The position numbers and the translations under genes are program-made. A model generated the notes under the pieces. It did not search any database. It had not been told where the DNA came from and worked only from the letters and a program-made list of their open reading frames with translations. From the human T2T-CHM13v2.0 reference genome, Homo sapiens, in the NCBI RefSeq assembly GCF_009914755.1, contig NC_060939.1: a stretch of 64,000 nucleotides of DNA, one strand, 5' to 3'. Below, piece by piece: positions 44,137 to 64,000 of this stretch (its first letter is position 1; each line of letters starts with the position of its first letter).

Positions 44137-44519
44137 CTAAAAGAAAGGTGGGAAGACATGCATGGCGGTGCTCCAGAAATGCCAAACTTTCCTGGGAATG
44201 GCACACCTGCTGTGGCTCCAGGGACCACCCAACTTCCCAGAAGAAGTTCAGACAGCTGGACACCAGGGCTCCAAAGCCCTCCTCTTAGAGATGGGAGATG
44301 GGAGACTGAGGCCAACTTGCTCATCCAGTTATTCAGCACAATTTAGGAACTGCCTATTGTATACGAGGTGCTGTGTGAGACACTAGGGGTGATTCGATTT
44401 GATTCCTGTCCTCCTAGTCTACCACAGAAAGAGCCAAAAAAACCGCTAAGTACAAGGCAGTAAGTACTCTCACATGGGTACATAGTAAAGTGCTGAGAAG
44501 ACATAAGGAAGGAGGCTGA

Positions 44520-47410
<2,891 letters not shown>

Positions 47411-47821
47411 GTCTTAGGTTTTTAACAGATCTGAGCCTGCTCTTGTCTCCTGCTGCCCTTCCAGCCCTGCGCATACCCGACAGTCATTTCTCTTATGGAG
47501 ATCAAGGATGTTCCTCCAATTAATTAATCAATTAGTTCAACACACAATTATTAAGCACCAATAATCACCAACCCTGCAGAAGCTAGTTTATTCAGGAAAA
47601 TTGTGCCAGACCAGAGTCATCTTTCAAGATCATCCAGTTTACTTGTAATGAGTTAAACAGGAGGCCATTCAGCTTAGACTCTCCTCCACACACAAGTCAG
47701 AAGTAGGGGGGCTAAGAGGAGGGGCTGAGGCGGGGAGGGGAGGGAGGAGTGAAGGGCAGAAGCAGCCGAGGACAGTGAGAGAATGCGTGTGTGTGAGAAA
47801 AGGGGAGAGAAGAGTCACTCA

Positions 47822-48183
<362 letters not shown>

Positions 48184-48299
48184 TCAGTGCACATTATAAG
48201 TTCTAGGTATTCAAGAGGGAGGAGAAGTCTTTCTGGCTTCTATCTGACTCAGTCTTCTACAGTCCTGGGCTGGATAAGGACACTCTTGGAAAAACTTTC

Positions 48300-48745
48300 T
48301 TTTTTTTTTGAGATGGAGTTTCGCTCTTGTTGCCCGGGCTGGAGTGCAATGATGTGATCTCGGCTCATGGCAACCTCCACCTCCTGAGTTCAAGCGATTA
48401 TCCCATCTCAGCCTCCTGAGTAGCTGGAATTACAGGTGCCCGCCACCACGCCCAGCTAATTTTTGGTATTTTTAGTAGAGATGGGGTTTCACCATGTTGG
48501 CCAGGCTGGTCTTGAACTCCTGACCTCAGGTGGTCTGCCTGCCTCAGCCTCCCAAAGTGCTGAGATTACAGGCATGAGCCACTATGCCCAGCCAAAAGAG
48601 ATGGGGTCTCACTCTGTCATCCAGGCTGAAGTGCAGTGGTGCCATCCCAGCTCACTGTAACCTTGAACCTCTGGGCTCAAGTGATCCTCCCACCTCAGCC
48701 TTCTGAGGAGCTGGGACTGCAGGCTCATGCCACCACATCTGGCCA
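48300..48745 (-). mobile_element. AluS (48300-48593) followed by an older Alu right-arm fragment (48597-48745)
   Basis: Reverse dimer plus monomer. Confidence 0.88.
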
Positions 48746-49451
48746 GGTTCCTGTCCTTTTTAGTACTTCTCAGACACAACCAGTGCTCTCTGAGGTCAAT
48801 AGAGAAGTCTGGTACGTAGAATGCATCCTTCCGGCATTCCCTAGGGAAATCAAGCATCCTTGAGACTTTTTAGTGAAGTGGGTGAGCACCTCTTTCAGCC
48901 CCTGCTCAGGATTCCCAAACTGCAGGCATCCAAGCCCGCCGAATCTCTAGTCCTCTTCCCTGGTTTGAGCTCATGGGGCCTGAGAGAATTTGATATCTTG
49001 GAGGTCCTGTTGCCTGGTCTGGTGGGAAGAGCACTGGGTTCAAAGTCATGATTTGGGCTCAGATCCCAGCTCTGCCTCCTCCCAGATAGGTGAGCTAGGA
49101 TAAGTCAGGTGATCATTCTGAGCCTTAATTTTCTCATCTATAAAATGGGAGTAGTAACTCCTAGTCTTCCAGGTGGTTATAAAGACGAAGTGAGATTAGA
49201 GATGTGAAGGAACCTAGTACAGTGCCTTAAACAGGGGGCACTTAATTAATAGTAATTGAACCAAGTTGACACCTGATGAGGTGGCACATGGTGGGAGCCC
49301 CATATATCCTGAGACTGAGAAGAGTAGAAGAGAACTGTAGGAGTCATCACCCACTGCTGGCTGGAAGAACAGCCTTTTGGGGAGAGGCAGGGGGAGAGAG
49401 CAGCCAGAGAAGTCAGCTTAGGAGAGGGCTATGGCCTGTGGTTTCTCTCCT

Positions 49452-50141
<690 letters not shown>

Positions 50142-50316
50142 TTGCCCTGTGGTCAGTTGAGTGTGTATCTCCAATTGTAGTGGGATCTTGGACTGCTGTG
50201 GCATCTAGAAGGTTGTACATGGGGTAAGGTGATATTTTCTGTTCCTCTCAGAACTGGTTAGACCAAATGGCTTTGTCAAAATCTGGACAACAGTCGCACT
50301 TTAAGAGGATCTTGGC

Positions 50317-50634
<318 letters not shown>

Positions 50635-50935
50635 GAGGATCTTGGCTAAGTGGAACATAAAAAGAGAAGGGGCCAAGATGGTGAAAGGACTTAAGGCCAT
50701 GCCAGCTCTCCTGGAGGGGAGGCAACTCAGCCTCATCAAGCATCTGAAGGCATTTCTAATGATCAGTGATGCTCCAGGGTGGCATGGACACCCTCAATGG
50801 ACAGTGAGCTGTGGTTGGTGTGGGTGCTGTGAAGGTGATCCAGGCCACAGGCCGGGAAGTGGGGCTCCATGAATCTTCCTTCTCAAACCTGAGCATCTGT
50901 GATGCTAGGCCTCGGCCCCAAAACCTCTCTCCCTC

Positions 50936-51140
50936 TTTTTTTTTTTTTTTTTTTTGAGATGGAGTCTTGCTCTGTCACCCAGGTTGGAGTGCAATGGCGC
51001 AATCTTGGCTCACTGCAACCTCTACCTCCTGGTTTCAAGCAATTCTCCTGCCTCAGCCTCCGAATAGCTGGGATTACAGGTGCCCACGACCATGTCTGGC
51101 TGATTTTTTGTATTTTTAGTGGAGATAGGGTTTCACCATG
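50936..51140 (-). mobile_element. 5'-truncated AluS with intact target-site duplication CAAAACCTCTCT
   Basis: Duplication at 50920-50931 and 51141-51152. Confidence 0.88.
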
Positions 51141-53853
51141 CAAAACCTCTCTTTGGCCCTCTAGGATAACTGGTCCTATTTCCCAGCTCCTCAGCCTCCT
51201 CTCTTCCAGTCTTTTCTTTGTGTGTGTGTGTGTATGCATGTAGGCACACACACACTGCATCCAGTCCCCAACGTAAGACTGTGAACTCCTAAGGGTGGGG
51301 GATGTCAATCCTATTTCCTCCTGCCTCTCTGTCTCTAGTGCCCACTCACATGAAACTACTCAGACTTGGTTTCTCTGCTTTGAAAGGTCTCAGAGCCCAG
51401 AAAAAGAGGAGAAACAATTCCCCAGGCTCTTTGCAAAGACCCCTCCTGAAACAGGCTTCATGTTGGGCTAGCGGAATATCTTGTGGGCATGCTTAGGGCC
51501 TGGTGGCCAGGAATCTCTGAGGAGGGGCCTGGAGGGCCAGAGTTCCTAGCAGCTCCTCTCTCCAGTTCCACACAATGGCCTGGGTCTTTGGGGAGGTGCA
51601 TGGTGTGAATAAGCAATCTCTATATCTCTGAGTTGGAAAATGTGTGGTTGAAGTCACATAGGGCCATTGGGAAGTCAGGCAACAGAAGATGCTAAAGTGG
51701 GAAGCCTTCTCCCCAGTATCCATTCCTTGGTCCCAGCTCTCCCTGGGAGGAGCCTCAGGCATGAATGCAACTTCATTATACAGTGACTCTGCATGCACAA
51801 GGGGTATTAATGATTCATACAAATCTGCAAGTTAAATGCTATGTCAAAAATAGAAATTCAATTGTCTACAATAAAATTAAAAACATAAAGTCCTCAAATC
51901 CAAAGGCTTCTATCGACAGTTTCCTGTCATCTGGAAAAACAAACCTCTTGCTGTGCTGGGGAGAAATACAATCCCTCCATGTGTTTGCTTCTCACCTTCC
52001 CCCTGTTCAGCCACCCGAGCCTCAGCAGTGTCTCCAGAGAGGCCTTTACAGGCAAAGGGATGCTGTGTGCTTGTTCTCCCCACCACATCCTGATCCAACC
52101 TTTCTGCTGCAGCTGGGCCTCTGAGGACCCAGCCTGCTGGGTGGATTTCTGAAAGCTGGTTGGAGATGAGAGGGTCTTTCCAGAGACTGGTTCAGGGTGG
52201 AAGAAAAGGTGGTGGCGGTCCCTTTTTCTTCCTCAGAGGAGACAGACAGATGGACAGACAGACACCAAGGGCTGGGAGTCAGAAGACTTGGATTCTAGCT
52301 CCACCTCACTCCTAACCACCAGTGTGGACTTGAACAGGTCCCTTACCCTCTCTGAGCCTCAGCTTCTTCATCTGAGAAAGGAAGGTATTGACAGACCAGT
52401 GGGATTCAAATCTCTTAAAGCTGGGAAACCCTGTTTTTATGTGAAATCTTACCTAGAGCACCTCAATATAGAAACTAGATTAAAATGGAGAGGTGGGGGT
52501 GGGGTGGGCACCAGAGTCCTAACGATTAGGCTCCTGCCCCCACTCTCCCTCAAGAAACCCTAGGGTTCTGTGAAACACAGAAGGAAGTCCTATGGTCTGG
52601 ATCAGTTCTTTCCAAATGAAGACCTGCAGACAGGACTGGCTGCCTCAGAACCATCTGGGGAGCTTATTAAAAATAGAGATCCCCCAGTCCCAGGAGGTCA
52701 CAGATGCAGCCTGGGAATCTGTATTTTAACCCCCCACCACCCCCTTGTCAGCTCTGGGGTGCAGTCAGGTTTGGATACTGTGGGACCAAGTGGTCCCCAA
52801 GGTCCTTTCCTGCCCTAAAAAAATTCTGTCAAGACTGTGCCTGCATCGATGGGCCCTGCAGGTGTCCTCCCATCTGTCCCTGTGACCTCTGTATTCGCAG
52901 CCTCCTAAAATATCCTGCTTCTGCTCAGCAGCCCTTTCCTCTCCGGCTTTGCAAAGCCTCAGGCCCCAGGGGAGGTGGTGGACTGTGTCGCTGAGCTTCC
53001 CCTGAAACGGAGCGTGTTACTGGAGAGTCAGAGGCAGGGACGCAGCCCAGGAAGGTCAGCTTCAGCTGACTCACTGCCTGTAAGGGCTTGGTCTGCGAGG
53101 CAGGCACTGACAGGCAGGGTATGTTGGCTAAAAGGAGGCTTGTGGAGGGTCTGTGGCACCCAGGGATAGAAATCAAGCTATCATAGAGGGCTTCAGAGTT
53201 TGCAAAAGACTTTGGACATGCACAGCCTCACATGAGCCAGCCTCCAACCATGGCAGCTGGGCAGGGCAGGGCTCACTGTTGTTATATCAGTTTTGTACTT
53301 GGGGGAAGGGGAGTAATTGAGGCTTTTTTCAGGGTCAACATTGGCTTTGAGACCTGAATTTAGGCCCATGAGGTTACAAATCTTACCCTCCTTTCCCACA
53401 GTGGTTTTTCCCAGACATGAGACCTGGGCTGCTTCAGGCTACATCAGAATCACCTATAGTACCTGTTAAAATACAGATTCTGGGGCCCACAGAATCAGAA
53501 TGTGTGTGTGTGTGCAAGTGCAGGGGGCAAAGTTAGATAAATTCAGGTCATCCATACCTGCTGTTTCTCCTCCTTTCCCAGCCTTTTCTGCCACCTCTGG
53601 CCCAGGGCCCATGGCAGCTCATGTGGGTGCTCACACCCAAAGACAAAGCTAATCTTACAAGAAGAATTCAATTTCTTTGCACACGAGAGACCACAGGCTC
53701 AGAGAGGTGAGTAACTTGCTTCAGGCCACACAGCACTTAGAGATGGCAGACCTGGGATTCAAAGCTGTGTCCATGGCACCACTGGCAGCGTTTAGTGATG
53801 CCCTATGGCGATAAATAGGAGGGAGGGTATTCAGAGTGGGAGAAGAATTCAGC

Positions 53854-54155
53854 TTTTTTTTTTTTTTTTTTTTTTTTTGTGAGACAGAGTCTCACTCTGT
53901 TGCCCAGGCTGGAGTGCAGCAAATTGATCTTGGCTGTGACCTCTGCCCCCTGGTTCAAGTTATTCTTGTGCCTCAGCCTCCCCAGTAGCTGAGATTACAG
54001 ACGTATGACACAATGCCTGGCTAATTTTTGTATTTTTAGTAGAGATGGGGTTTCGCCATGTTGGCCAGGCTGGTCTCAAACTCCTGACCTCAAGTGATCT
54101 GCGGGCCTCGGCCTCCCAAAGTGCTGGGATTACAGTCACGAGTACCATGCCCGGC
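53854..54155 (-). mobile_element. AluS starting 81 nt into the intron after exon 7
   Basis: About T25 plus reverse dimer. Confidence 0.92.
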
Positions 54156-54170
54156 TAGTTTAGCCTTTTA

Positions 54171-54464
<294 letters not shown>

Positions 54465-55643
54465 TTAGGCACAGCATCCGCTGAACTGCAGTCCTGCTCC
54501 CTGCCAGGAGGGGGAAGCAAGGCTCAGACTGAATACATTGGAATGTAGGGTGCTTGGGCCAATACTTGTGGGATGACTTAAGTGTTCTTAGTGTACAGAA
54601 GAGTATTCTGGGGAGGAGGCTGAGGAAGGCTTCCCAAGGAGGAAGGCATTTTACTTGGGCCTTAAAGGTGAAGTTAATTTAACCAGGAGAATGGAAGGAA
54701 GGGCATGCCAGGCCAAAGTCATTGCATTAATGAAGGCACTGAGAAGTGCTCATGGATCCCATCTTTAAGAATCCACCTAGATTCAGAGAGGGGAAGAATC
54801 TGGAGCACGTTCCTTCCAGGCTCAGGAAGGCTCCCAGCTCCCATGACAGGCTCATTTGCAGGGACTGGGTGCTGTTGAAGGGTGGGGCAGGATTTGCATG
54901 GGGTCTTGGTCTTGGGCCTTCATCCAATGGCCCTGGCCTCTAGCTCACTAGGACTTGGGAGCTGGCCAGACATCGGGGTAGGGAACACCCTCAATCAACA
55001 ACGTCTCTGTGGTCAGAGTCCTTGGCCACCCCTCAGGATCTAGGCTGTTGGAGAGGCCACAGAGTCTGCTACAGGGTTGGGAGGAGAACTTCAATCTTGC
55101 CTCTGAGGGGGTCTCAGCTAAGCAGTCTTGTAGGTCTCCTGTCAATACTACTCTCTGGGGAACTGGAATGAGGGGCTGTTTGGTGTCTGGGGAGAGAAAG
55201 TAGGGGAGAGGAACAGGCAGAGTAATCCTCCCAAATCTGTACATGGTATCTGCCTAGGACCCTCACCTCTCTCTGTCCCAAATGCCCTAGAAGGGAAGGC
55301 CCCAGGTGAGCAGCATCATTTGGGTAAGGTCAGAAGAGACTTTCAAGATAAGGGCTGTCTCTGCCAGGAAGGGCCTCCTGGGAGGGTTTTAGGGAGTGCC
55401 CACTCGGGCAGTCTCAGGAAGGACCAGTCAACGCGGTCCTGGAAGGAAGGAATCTGAGACCTGCGTGGGTGAGGCCTGGGCATTTAGACTCACAGGAGAT
55501 TTCACAGCCAAGACTATCCCTCCTGGTCCCACCACCCAGCCCACCCACAAGGAGCCCAGGGCTGGGCGTGCAGCTGCGGTGAGGGCAGCCACTCCAGGCC
55601 CCGCCCCAGCCCCTCCACCTCCTCTACCCTCCCCACCCAGGCA

Positions 55644-55688
55644 CCCTCCAGGTCCCGCCCCTCCAGGTCCCGCCCCTCCAGGTCCTGC
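55644..55688. repeat. Three copies of the 15-bp tandem repeat CCCTCCAGGTCCYGC
   Basis: Copies at 55644, 55659 and 55674. Confidence 0.9.
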
Positions 55689-55700
55689 CGCATGACTCAC

Positions 55701-55972
<272 letters not shown>

Positions 55973-57668
55973 TCAGGAGCCCCGAAGGCTCTCCTTGGGG
56001 CAGGGGCCAGGAACCGATGCCCATGCGGCCTTCCCATCTTTGCAGCGCTGCTCCCCGGACAGGTGGCAGCAAGGGGTGCCTGGAAGCTTTGGTGCCTCAT
56101 AACCTGCATCAGTTCTTCCACCAAGCCATGCAAATAGTCGCACAGGCTAAGAAGGGCAGAGCGTTTGTTTCCTCAAGGCAGCTTCAGAACCTACCTCCTG
56201 GTCCGGCCATTCTCTTCCAACCAAATGGCTGCCCTAAGCCCCCCTCTCCTGTATTGAAATTCCGGAGCCACAAGCTGTTTACATCCCTCTTTGCTAAGCT
56301 CTTGGTTGGCTGCCTGTTTCTGTTCCTTTCTGCCGGGCCCTTTCTTTTCCCATCTGCCACCCCTCTCCTCTGTGACCCTACCCCTCTCTTCTTGGGACCT
56401 GCGGGACCCAGCCCATTCCAGCTCCCATTTCTCTATCTTTCCTGCCCGCTTCTCCCTCTTCCCCACACGCATTGGTTTTCTCACCATTTGCATTTCACTC
56501 ACTCTCTGGGAGTATTTCCTCTAACTCCCTGCCCCTCCCCTGGCTCCATCTCCCTGTCACCCTTTTCATCTCTTCCTCATGCTTCTTCCTTTCAGTAATG
56601 CCTACGCCCCCTGGTTGCTTCAGCTTCAGTTCAGTTTCATTACTTTCCAAGCAGCCAGCTTCAGAAGGAGCAGGAAAAAGAAAGGCTTCCCTGGGAAGTA
56701 ACAGGCAGCCTTCAAGATCTTTACATGTAATTAAATGTTTCAAAGAGAGATAGCTGAGCCAGTGTTGCAGAAATTCACACTCTACGGCTATGGAAAGGGG
56801 CTGAGTAGCAGAGCCCCAGAGAGGTCACCAAGCCTGCTGCCACCTCCCACTCTGACCCTCCCCGATGCATATGGGACACACAATAACAAGATGTCCTCAG
56901 TTATAGCCTCATTCGCTCAAATTCTGGGGTGAAAGTAGGGTGTGGAGTTCAGGCATGGACAGGCACACATAATGTTCTGGGAGAAGTTGGATGGAAAGAA
57001 TGATTGCTCCCAGCTAAGGAGACCAGGCAAGGCTTCTTAAAACAGAAGCCATCTCAAGTGGGCTGTAAAGGATGTCTCACTTGTCTGGCTAATAGGGTGA
57101 GCAACCATCTTGCTTTCAGCACTGAAAGTTCCACATTCTGGGAAATCCCTCAGTCCTGGGCAAACTGGAGTGGCCGGTCACCGAGATTATCTGTTGCTGT
57201 TTGTGCTCCAGGTTTCTAGGGTTTAGACACTCAGAGAGGAAAGGGGGCAGGTGAGTGGGACTGGGAAGGTGTCACTGGGGTAGACTCAATATAAGCAAAG
57301 ATACAGTGGCGTTCAAGTGTTGGGCGTGTACAAGGGTACAAGGTTCCAGTGTGGCCAGTAAGTGCATGTGATCTTTGGGGGCTGAAGGTTGGTGGAAGGA
57401 TCAGCCCCACCAGTCCCCGACATGTCCCTCCTACCTGCTGACCAAGGTCAAGCGGTCAATGTCATGGAGCCTGCCTATCATCCTGTAGCAGACAGAATCA
57501 CCAAGGCCTGGAACTCCCATTACCCTATCTTGGTTCATCCCTTCTTCATCTGTGCCCCAAGTATTCACACACACACAAACTGAACTGCCAAGTTATGAGT
57601 GAGTCTCACCCTATATTTTCCACCTGCTATTACAGTGAGTAAAGCAAAAATTAAATCCATTTATGCTA

Positions 57669-58016
<348 letters not shown>

Positions 58017-58162
58017 TCACAGGACAGAGAGTGACTGAGTATCCAGCAGTCCAGCACCTCCTACCTCATCCTCTCTTTGGGACACACACTCAGTGAGCAG
58101 AAGGACTAGCAGAATTATCTATGGTACCATTTCTCTTTTAGTTGCCAAGCACACGTAGTTGA

Positions 58163-58592
<430 letters not shown>

Positions 58593-59336
58593 TGACTAAA
58601 ATTTAATCCTCACAACAACCATGTAAGTTAGGTTTTCTTATTTTCCCATTTGACGGAGAATACACGGTCAGAGAAGTTAAGTGATTACCTGAGGTTACAG
58701 CAAGAGCAAGCCCAGCTCTCCTGGTTCTAGCTCTCCCCACTGCAGGTCTTTGGGACACTTTCTGGAGGATGAGTCCAAGGAGTGAAGTTTAGAGGTGGCC
58801 TTGGGGACAAGGTGGCAGCCACGAAGCACAGATCAGGGATACCACAGAGACTAGCCACTTCTTCTCTGTTCGTCACTGTGAACCACCACAGGATCCAGCA
58901 CAAGGAATTTCCTTCGTTTGTTGGGGCTGCAGTTACTGCCCTGAGACCTTGGTTCTGTATGAAACTGTTGGAGCCAAAAGGCAGTTTGTTCTCGGTGCAT
59001 CGCAGGGCATACAGTTATGCTTTGCTTATCAAACAACCTCTGTTCTTTCTGGCACAGCCAAAACCCAGTAGGAAGCAAAACTAGCCGCCTGATAAGGAAG
59101 CCAGAATATTGTCATAAAGTCCACATGGTAACACTTGGGTGTTTTCATTCTTCTGCTTGTCCATTCAAAAACATTTACCAAGGACCTGCTACTGCCAGAA
59201 AGCACCCTGCCCTATTGGGGTGCACAGTCTAGTAGGGGCAGAAATGCTGGAGCAGCATTCATGATACCCTACGAAAGTGCTCTAATAAGGGCAGCTCAGG
59301 GGATTATAGAAGGACATGTAAACACAATTCTATTAA

Positions 59337-59690
<354 letters not shown>

Positions 59691-60256
59691 TGGCTCAGGA
59701 CAATGTCTGCATGTTTTATGGGGCTCCTAAAAAGTATGTGAGCAAGAGCTCTGTGTCATAGTAAGAAACTATGGAAATAGGAAACATTTATAGATGAAAA
59801 AAAGCAAAGCAACTTGCAGCCATTAATATAGGGGCAAATAGCCTCTCATATCCAAATTGACAGGAAGAAGTGACATTCAATTTAGAATATTCTGATTAAG
59901 GAAGCAGAGAAGTGTGTAATTCATTCCAGAGAAATTTCCCACCAGAGTGATTAAACAAAAAAAAACAATGTTAGGGTTCACAGGGATAAGCTTCAGTTAT
60001 CTAGAAAATTCACTTAAAACACCTCATTCTCCAGCAATGACAGAGAAATGAGGCAGAGCTGCAGCGAGTCAATTATCAACTCTGCTGAAGGTGACTAAAA
60101 ACTACCATCATTATAATTACAAGAAGACTTTGCATTCTTTCACAGAGAATCGCAAACTCTTACCAATTTGGCCTTGGAATGTCACCCCTCACACATTTCT
60201 TTTTTTCTGTCCCAGGCTTTCCTTCCTAATTATATTGGGCTTTGGCTGATTTTTCC

Positions 60257-60402
60257 TTTTTTTTTTTTTTTTTTTTTGAGACAGAGTCTCAACTCTGTTG
60301 CCTAGGCTGGAGTGCAGTGGTGCAAACTCGGCTCACTGCAACCTCTGTCTCCTGGGTTCAAACAATTCTTGTGCTTCAGCCTCCTGAGTAGCTGGGATTA
60401 CT
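60257..60402 (-). mobile_element. Alu right-arm fragment
   Basis: Poly-T plus right arm only. Confidence 0.85.
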
Positions 60403-60944
60403 GGCTGATTTTTTAAGTGGCTAGATTGTCTCTGGGCAGCTACTGGGGGCTGAAGGGCACCTGGAAGTGTGTGGCCCGGCTTGTTCTGTTCCTCGAGGCT
60501 GGGCAACTCACCCCCTTCCCCTGCTGACTGCTTCAGACTTTGGGGTCCAGGCTTAGTGTGCCCCTGGGTCCCCAAGAGGGCAAATGGCTTCACCACCGTC
60601 TTCTTCACCGACAGGCTTTTAAATTTGTAACTACAGTTGATCAGGCAGTTACTAATGCCAAGTCATGAGATAAAGGTGCAAAGTGAATTTTCTCATTTAA
60701 TTCTCACAACAACCTATAATAATAGCACTTGCTGCAGATGGACACGGTATGCTGGCAGCCAGCCTGGGCTTAAACAGCCACCCTTGAAAATCCATAAAGA
60801 GGTGAGAGCAGAGACTGATTTTCCACAAGTGCCTTATTCAGGGACTGGTTTATGTGTGAATGGTGGGCGTAGGTCCTAGGTTTTCCACGACTGGCCCTAT
60901 TTCCCAAAATTTTATTCTCTTAAGATTATCTATTGTTTACTCAG

Positions 60945-62065
<1,121 letters not shown>

Positions 62066-63373
62066 AAGACAATTCATTAAAGGGACACAACTAAATATGT
62101 TTTGATGCCATTATGGACTGTACTAGGAATAATAAATAATGCGGCCGACCATTACTTTTCTGCCTTCACTACTGTATAGGAAGGTTTAGGTGCCTGTGCC
62201 CAGTCTGCTGCATTAGCCCTGGAGTCTCTCTGGGCTGGAGGAAGACAGGAGCTAAGGTGTGTCCTTAGTTTGTGATTGCCCTTTACTTTCCCCACATCCA
62301 CCATCTGGTCCCACCCTGCAGCCAGCTCAGCGGGGCACAAGAAGAGCTGTCAGCAGTGCTGTTGAAGGTGACTGGCCAGCCCTTCTCCCAGCTACCAAAG
62401 AACCCCCTCCCAGCTGCTTGTAGGATTCACTTCTTCAGACAGTGGTTCTTGGCCTGGCTGCAGATCAGCATCACTGGGGCAGTTTTAAGAAACACTCTTG
62501 CTTGAGATCTACCCATGGCCATTCCAAATGAATTGGTCTAGGGTGGTAGGGCCCAAGCATAGGTCCCTTGAAAAGCTCCCCAGGTGAGAACTCTTTTTTC
62601 CCATGATCTCTGTTCTCACTGGTCCTCTCAGGGAGATGTGCAGGAGGATGCTGGGCTGGAGGTGGGGTGGGAGAGAAGGTTAGTCCTTCCCATTCCATAG
62701 ACAGGAATCCTGAGACCCAGCAAGCAGGAGGAGTTGGCCTCTGAATTGAAGGTCAAGGGATGGAAATGAACCTGGAAGCCACTGCCCCTGAGCTACCCCA
62801 GCTTGTACTAAGGACTGGGCCAAGGCCCCCACCTCCCTTCTCCTCTCCAGCAATGGGAAGGCCTGATGCAGTCACAGCCCCTCCCAGAAAGGTCTGTGGC
62901 CCCCAATCTCCCACCCCACCCACAGAAGCAGCAGCGAGAGCTGACAGGTCACGGGATTGCTCCTGAGTTTACAAAGCAGTAGGCAGGGAGGCAGAGATGG
63001 AGCAGCAGCCGCCGGAAACCATTCCAGCTGATAAATAAAGTGACTTCCCAGTGAGTGAGGCCATTTGTCAACTGACTTGCCCCAGTAAAAGCAAAGTCAA
63101 GTTCTCCGAGGCTGAGCCCCTTGCTCTTTCCAGGCCTAAGCTGCAATTCTGAGGGAGCACTGAAGGATGGGTCAGAGCCAATGCTGGGTACTCCTGGGCA
63201 GCCTCCTTCCCTCTTTGGGCCTCTGTTTTTACATCTGTAAAACAGGTTTGGATCAGTGGTTCTTGCCTGGAGTAGGTCACCCTCCCCAAGACAGCATCTG
63301 GAAATGGGAGGGGGGAATTTAGGTTGTCACAAATAATCCCAGGGACAATTGTACACAATTTAGAACTGTATCC

Positions 63374-64000
<627 letters not shown>

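Noticed and set aside
47515-47565. CCAATTAATTAATCAATTAG homeobox-like cluster
   Set aside because: Resembles a degenerate L2 3' terminus (attcattcaacaaatatttattgagcacc), which explains the pattern without invoking function.
56017-56598. 193-aa Pro/Leu/Phe/Ser-rich ORF
   Set aside because: A by-product of a pyrimidine-rich low-complexity tract with few stop codons.

Overview
Primate genomic DNA, most likely human (Alu-rich, and the translation matches human MEGF11 as I recall it). The whole window lies inside MEGF11 on the minus strand. Eight coding exons with canonical GT-AG sites (55701-55947, 54237-54357, 44000-44136, 38353-38565, 30991-31165, 4247-4367, 3144-3307, 1849-1951; probably exons 6-13) splice into one uninterrupted 1281-nt frame. 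That frame encodes the 8-cysteine EGF-like repeat array of the ectodomain (about residues 132-559). The rest is intron: about 28 Alu copies or fragments, MaLR/ERVL/MER21 solo LTRs, a near full-length HAL1, L1M/L2/MIR fragments and DNA-transposon fossils. None of the listed ORFs is an independent gene. I found no clearly new biological system. The best unexplained signals are: (1) two short exact dispersed duplications in non-repeat sequence (39 bp, 1.3 kb apart; 25 bp, 3 kb apart) that look like templated insertions; (2) an exon 6-to-9 skip that would remove exactly two EGF repeats but creates a TAG at the junction; (3) homeodomain-motif-dense intronic enhancer candidates; (4) inverted Alu pairs predicting RNA editing and an exon 6-7 circRNA. 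Repeat family names, repeat boundaries and exon numbers come from recall and are approximate.
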